In this document: one piece after another, positions 60,485 through 64,000 of the stretch
Position numbering within the stretch: the first letter of the stretch is position 1
How the letters are laid out: each line of letters starts with the position of its first letter
DNA from: Sporosarcina sp.
GTDB lineage: Bacteria > Bacillota > Bacilli > Bacillales_A > Planococcaceae
Length of the DNA: 64,000 bases
Assembly: GCF_029257255.1 (NCBI RefSeq)
Contig: NZ_JARICI010000026.1
Coordinates: 11,497 to 75,496 of the forward strand
Reading direction: 5' to 3'
Position numbers and translations under genes: made by a program
Notes under the pieces: model-generated
What the model was told of the DNA's origin: nothing
The model's input: the letters and a program-made list of their open reading frames with translations, nothing else
Database searches by the model: none

Positions 60485-62101
60485 ATGGAATTAGACACTA
60501 TAGAGTTGCCTAAAAAGAATAAATTAATGGAAGTGTATCGTGAAGATCCGCAATTTATCCATAATTTTTTTGATTATGAAGTCACGGCAGCAGGATACGA
60601 AGAAAGAGCAAAAGAGCTGATGTATAGGCCTTTCCAAAGAGAGGAACTAGCGGCTGTAATAGAAGGCTATATGCAGCCTTACGGAATTTCTGAATTGGCT
60701 GCTCAGCATATTAAGGAACTTTCTTCAGATGCTTTAGCTGTTGTTGGCGGGCAGCAGGCGGGAGTGTTAACAGGCCCTTTATATTCTGTACATAAAGCAA
60801 TTTCAGTTATTTTATTGGCTCGTGAACAAAGAAGTTTACTCGGAAAACCTGTAGTACCTGTATTTTGGATTGCGGGTGAAGATCATGATATTAATGAAAT
60901 CAATCATACATATACTGCACAGGATGGAAAGGCTGTAAAGCGCCAGTTTAAACAACCATCTGTTTTGAAAACGACGGCTTCTGATACGATCTATGATCAG
61001 AAAGAAATGCATGCATATATAAAAAAGATCTTTAAAGGCTACGGCGAAACGACTTATACAAATAATCTGCTGACGAACGTATTAAAAATAGCGGGCGAGC
61101 AGCAAACATACACAGAGTTTTTCACTGCGTTAATGAATCAATTATTCACAAAACATGGCTTATTGTTCCTGGATGCCGCATATAAACCGCTGCGCCAGCT
61201 GGAATCGGCGTATTTCTCACAAATGATTGAGAATGCGGCAGATATGGCCAAAAGTATTTATTCAACTGAGCAGAATCTGAACTCTTTAGGTTATGATAAG
61301 CCAATTGAATCAGAAGAACAGGATGCGAATCTGTTTTATGTACATGAAACAGGTAGAGTATTGCTGAAAAGAGTCGGCGAAATGTTCGTTAATGAGCAAA
61401 TTGGCCTTTCTTTCTCTCAACAAGAAATGCATGAACTTGCCAAAAATGAACCTTGGCTTTTGAGCAATAACGTTGCGACACGTCCTCTGATGCAAGACTT
61501 GGTATTTCCTGTACTGGCATTTGTCGGAGGTCCGGGTGAGATTGCGTATTGGTCTTTGCTGAAAGAATCATTCCACAAATTAGGTATTCGTATGCCTGTA
61601 GTAGTGCCTCGATTATCGATAACACTGATCTCCAGACAAGTGCAGGAAGCGCTGAAATTGACGGATCTGAGCATTCGACAGGTACTGGACCACCAACTTC
61701 CACAATTGAAAAAACAATGGCTTGATGAGCAGAAAGATGGTGAATTTGATGCGCTGGTGAATGAGTCGAGACAGCAGCTTGAAGCACAGTTCGACAAGAT
61801 GCAGGCTCATTTGAAAGAGCAAGATCCCGGTCTGTTGCAGGTTTTAAATAAAAACTTGCAGTTTCACGAACAGCAATTCAGCTATTTGGAAAAGATGAAG
61901 GAACAGTCCTTGCTGCGCAAGCACCAAGTGCAGTACAGACGTTATCAGATATTGAGCGAACAGCTATATCCAGAAGGCTCACTGCAAGAGCGTCTCTACT
62001 CTCCATACTTCTTTATAAACCAATTCGGCGCAGGTTTCATAGACGAACTCATGCGCCAGCCGTACTGTTTCGACGGTAGCCATCAGTTAGTTTATTTGTA
62101 A
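60485..62101 (+). CDS. bshC: Bacillithiol biosynthesis cysteine-adding enzyme
   Basis: 538 aa. VVGGQQAGVLTGPLYSVHKAIS and FWIAGEDHD motifs of BshC/YllA. Position before mraZ. Confidence 0.9.
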   Translation: MELDTIELPKKNKLMEVYREDPQFIHNFFDYEVTAAGYEERAKELMYRPFQREELAAVIEGYMQPYGISELAAQHIKELSSDALAVVGGQQAGVLTGPLYSVHKAISVILLAREQRSLLGKPVVPVFWIAGEDHDINEINHTYTAQDGKAVKRQFKQPSVLKTTASDTIYDQKEMHAYIKKIFKGYGETTYTNNLLTNVLKIAGEQQTYTEFFTALMNQLFTKHGLLFLDAAYKPLRQLESAYFSQMIENAADMAKSIYSTEQNLNSLGYDKPIESEEQDANLFYVHETGRVLLKRVGEMFVNEQIGLSFSQQEMHELAKNEPWLLSNNVATRPLMQDLVFPVLAFVGGPGEIAYWSLLKESFHKLGIRMPVVVPRLSITLISRQVQEALKLTDLSIRQVLDHQLPQLKKQWLDEQKDGEFDALVNESRQQLEAQFDKMQAHLKEQDPGLLQVLNKNLQFHEQQFSYLEKMKEQSLLRKHQVQYRRYQILSEQLYPEGSLQERLYSPYFFINQFGAGFIDELMRQPYCFDGSHQLVYL

Positions 62102-62117
62102 TAGGTCGTAAACAGGA

Positions 62118-62146
62118 ACGGTATTGCCACTGCAATACCGTTTTTT
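62118..62146 (+). terminator. Terminator after bshC
   Basis: cggtattgc-cact-gcaataccg followed by tttttt. Confidence 0.85.
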
Positions 62147-62169
62147 CGTGTTCCTAAATGAAACGTGGA

Positions 62170-62290
62170 TTGAAATGGGAATGTCCCGTCTCTCGAGAAA
62201 GAAGGAGTTCTGAATGAAGAGCGTGTTCGAGTTTAAAGCCGCTTCGGCACTGGGGATTTCCTTACGCTGTGAGCCAGCCTGCAAAGAGAA
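62170..62290 (+). repeat. Module C repeat, copy C4 (5' half)
   Basis: ..gagtttaaagccgcttcggcactggggatttccttacgctgtgagccagcctgcaaag matches the C1/C2 core. Lies between the bshC terminator and the mraZ control region. Confidence 0.8.
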
Positions 62291-62442
62291 CGCATTAATG
62301 CCTTAATTTCTGAGAGAACCAGCGGGCAGATTATGTAAAGTGTCGAAATACATGCATACAATGTAGAAAATGCGCAAAACTAAAGAGAAAGAAGTACTAT
62401 TGACACATTTTAATGATTATGAGAAGAAAAGTTACATACTGG

Positions 62443-62466
62443 GTGGAGGAAAGTGGGGGGATGTGG
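62443..62466 (+). promoter_or_regulatory. MraZ operator-like triple direct repeat
   Basis: GTGG at 62443, 62453 and 62463 (GTGGAGGAAA GTGGGGGGAT GTGGTACA), at exact 10-bp spacing. Lies 30-55 nt upstream of the mraZ start. Confidence 0.6.
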
Positions 62467-62496
62467 TACATTATTTCATATAGTGGGGTGAAGGAT

Positions 62497-62928
62497 ATGT
62501 TCATGGGGGAATATCAACATTCAATTGATATGAAAGGCCGACTCATTGTACCTTCTAAATTTCGGGAACAATTGGCAGAAGGCTTTATTTTAACCCGTGG
62601 ATTAGACAACTGTCTATTCGGCTACCCGCTTGATGAATGGCAAAAGCTGGAAGAAAAATTGAAAGCGTTGCCCGTTACAAAAAAAGACGCACGTGCATTT
62701 ACTCGTTTTTTCTTCTCGGGAGCCGCTGAAGTAGGCATCGATAAACAGGGAAGAGTGAATATTCCTGCCAACTTGCTGGACTTTGCAAAGATCGAAAAAG
62801 ACTGTATGGTCATCGGCGTATCCAGCCGGTTTGAAATCTGGTCCACTGAACTATGGGAAGCGTACTACGAAGAATCCGAGCAATCATTTAATGACATTGC
62901 AGAAAACCTAATTGATTTTGATTTTTGA
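62497..62928 (+). CDS. mraZ: Transcriptional regulator MraZ
   Basis: [23 protein letters not shown].. is the canonical MraZ N-terminus. The second DKQGRVNIP repeat is present. Confidence 0.93.
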   Translation: MFMGEYQHSIDMKGRLIVPSKFREQLAEGFILTRGLDNCLFGYPLDEWQKLEEKLKALPVTKKDARAFTRFFFSGAAEVGIDKQGRVNIPANLLDFAKIEKDCMVIGVSSRFEIWSTELWEAYYEESEQSFNDIAENLIDFDF

Positions 62929-62945
62929 AAGCAGGCGTTGTAAAA

Positions 62946-63878
62946 ATGTTTAACCATACCACAGTCTTACTGCATGAAGCTGTCGAAGGCTTGAATGTAA
63001 AGGAAGACGGCATATATGTAGATTGTACACTTGGCGGGGCGGGTCACAGCGAAGAAATCGTGAAGCTTCTTTCACCAAAAGGTCGTCTGATCTGCTTTGA
63101 CCAAGACATGACAGCGATTAAAGCTGCAGAAACCAAGCTTGAGAAATACGCAGCACAGGTGCAATTTGTCCATGCGAACTTCAGTGAGTTGAAAAACGAG
63201 CTTGCGAACTTAGGAATTACAGAAGTCGACGGCATCCTGTACGATCTCGGAGTTTCTTCTCCACAGTTGGATACAGCAGAGCGCGGGTTTAGCTATCATC
63301 TCGATGCGCCTCTGGATATGCGAATGGATACAAGTGCGCCGCTGAGTGCCTATGAAGTGGTCAATGAATGGCCGTATGAAGACCTCGTACGAATTTTCTT
63401 CAGATACGGGGAAGAGAAGTTTTCTAAACCGGTCGCACGTAAGATTGAAGAAGCGAGAATGAAAGAACCGATCCGTACAACAGGGGAATTGGCGGAGCTG
63501 ATCAAAACAGGGATTCCGGCTGCGGCAAGAAGAACAGGCGGCCATCCTGCAAAGCGGGTTTTTCAGGCGATTCGAATTGCTGTAAATGATGAGTTGGGTG
63601 CCGCAGAGAAATCTTTGACGGATGCACTTACACTTCTGGCACCGGGCGGACGGATCAGTGTCATCACGTTTCATTCGCTGGAAGACCGTTTATGTAAAAG
63701 TATTTTTAAGGAAGCATCCTCTTTACCGGAACTTCCTCCAAATTTACCAATCATCCCTGATGGAATGGAACCTGACGTACGTTTGGTAAATAGAAAGCCC
63801 ATTGTTCCGACAGATAAAGAGATCGAACAAAATAAGCGGGCTAGATCAGCAAAATTAAGAATAGCAGAGAAGAAATAG
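62946..63878 (+). CDS. rsmH: 16S rRNA (cytosine1402-N4)-methyltransferase
   Basis: [36 protein letters not shown] are canonical RsmH/MraW motifs. Confidence 0.93.
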   Translation: MFNHTTVLLHEAVEGLNVKEDGIYVDCTLGGAGHSEEIVKLLSPKGRLICFDQDMTAIKAAETKLEKYAAQVQFVHANFSELKNELANLGITEVDGILYDLGVSSPQLDTAERGFSYHLDAPLDMRMDTSAPLSAYEVVNEWPYEDLVRIFFRYGEEKFSKPVARKIEEARMKEPIRTTGELAELIKTGIPAAARRTGGHPAKRVFQAIRIAVNDELGAAEKSLTDALTLLAPGGRISVITFHSLEDRLCKSIFKEASSLPELPPNLPIIPDGMEPDVRLVNRKPIVPTDKEIEQNKRARSAKLRIAEKK

Positions 63879-63895
63879 AAAAGGGGAATCGAGCA

Positions 63896-64000
63896 ATGGG
63901 ATTAGAACAACGGAAAATATACACTCCATATACACCGGAAGTCGAACAACATACAACAAAAGAGCAACAAACAGTTGTCCGCCGTGTCAAAAGACGTTTT
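63896..64000 (+). CDS. ftsL: Probable cell-division protein FtsL, N-terminal part (runs off window)
   Basis: ATG after AAAGGGGA. Charged N-terminus typical of FtsL. Position after rsmH. Only 35 codons are visible. Confidence 0.5.
   Translation, partial: MGLEQRKIYTPYTPEVEQHTTKEQQTVVRRVKRRF

Noticed and set aside
62087-62284. Track ORF 62087..62284 (-)
   Set aside because: It overlaps the bshC stop and terminator and module C4, with no SD.
62400-62428. TTGACA at 62400-62405 as the dcw/mraZ promoter
   Set aside because: I could not find an acceptable -10 hexamer at 16-18 nt spacing (the best candidates are TATGAG at 12 nt and CATACT at about 29 nt), so no promoter feature is called.

Overview
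This is a 64-kb chromosomal segment of a low-GC Bacillales genome. Gene order follows the B. subtilis ykuL-ykuV / ktrC-rnjA / pdhABCD / typA / ftsW-pyc-ctaABCDEFG / ylb / rpmF / bshC-mraZ-rsmH-ftsL backbone. Extra content (potABCD, DUF420 after ctaG, a second MurE, ylbJ) suggests a spore-forming Planococcaceae-like organism such as Lysinibacillus or Sporosarcina; this is inference only. I call about 68 CDS, almost all housekeeping. I found no rRNA, tRNA, CRISPR, transposase, integrase, phage or recognisable defence genes. All product calls rest on motif and synteny recognition by eye, with no searches run. Several track ORFs were shortened to starts that have a Shine-Dalgarno sequence. Five things stand out. 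(1) Seven of the long intergenic gaps (an eighth copy is doubtful) contain mosaic GC-rich, hairpin-forming repeat modules (here called A, T/B and C). Paired-arm substitutions between copies preserve the stems, and the modules recur in a fixed order. These repeats also generate most of the spurious intergenic ORFs in the track. (2) An exact 7 x 21-bp tandem array headed by GTGATCAT lies inside the largest repeat locus. (3) An ACT-less minimal aspartokinase sits divergent to an extra MurE paralog that carries the DAP-type DNPR motif, inserted between ylbC and ylbF. (4) An enoyl-CoA hydratase / BCCP / carboxyltransferase trio lacks a biotin carboxylase gene and sits behind a perfect cre palindrome. 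(5) Two micro-ORFs have strong expression signals: a 23-codon one with its own promoter and terminator upstream of rpoY-rnjA, and a 12-codon uORF overlapping the ylbJ start. I see no clear new multi-gene system; the repeat architecture and the aspartokinase/MurE pair are the best candidates for follow-up.
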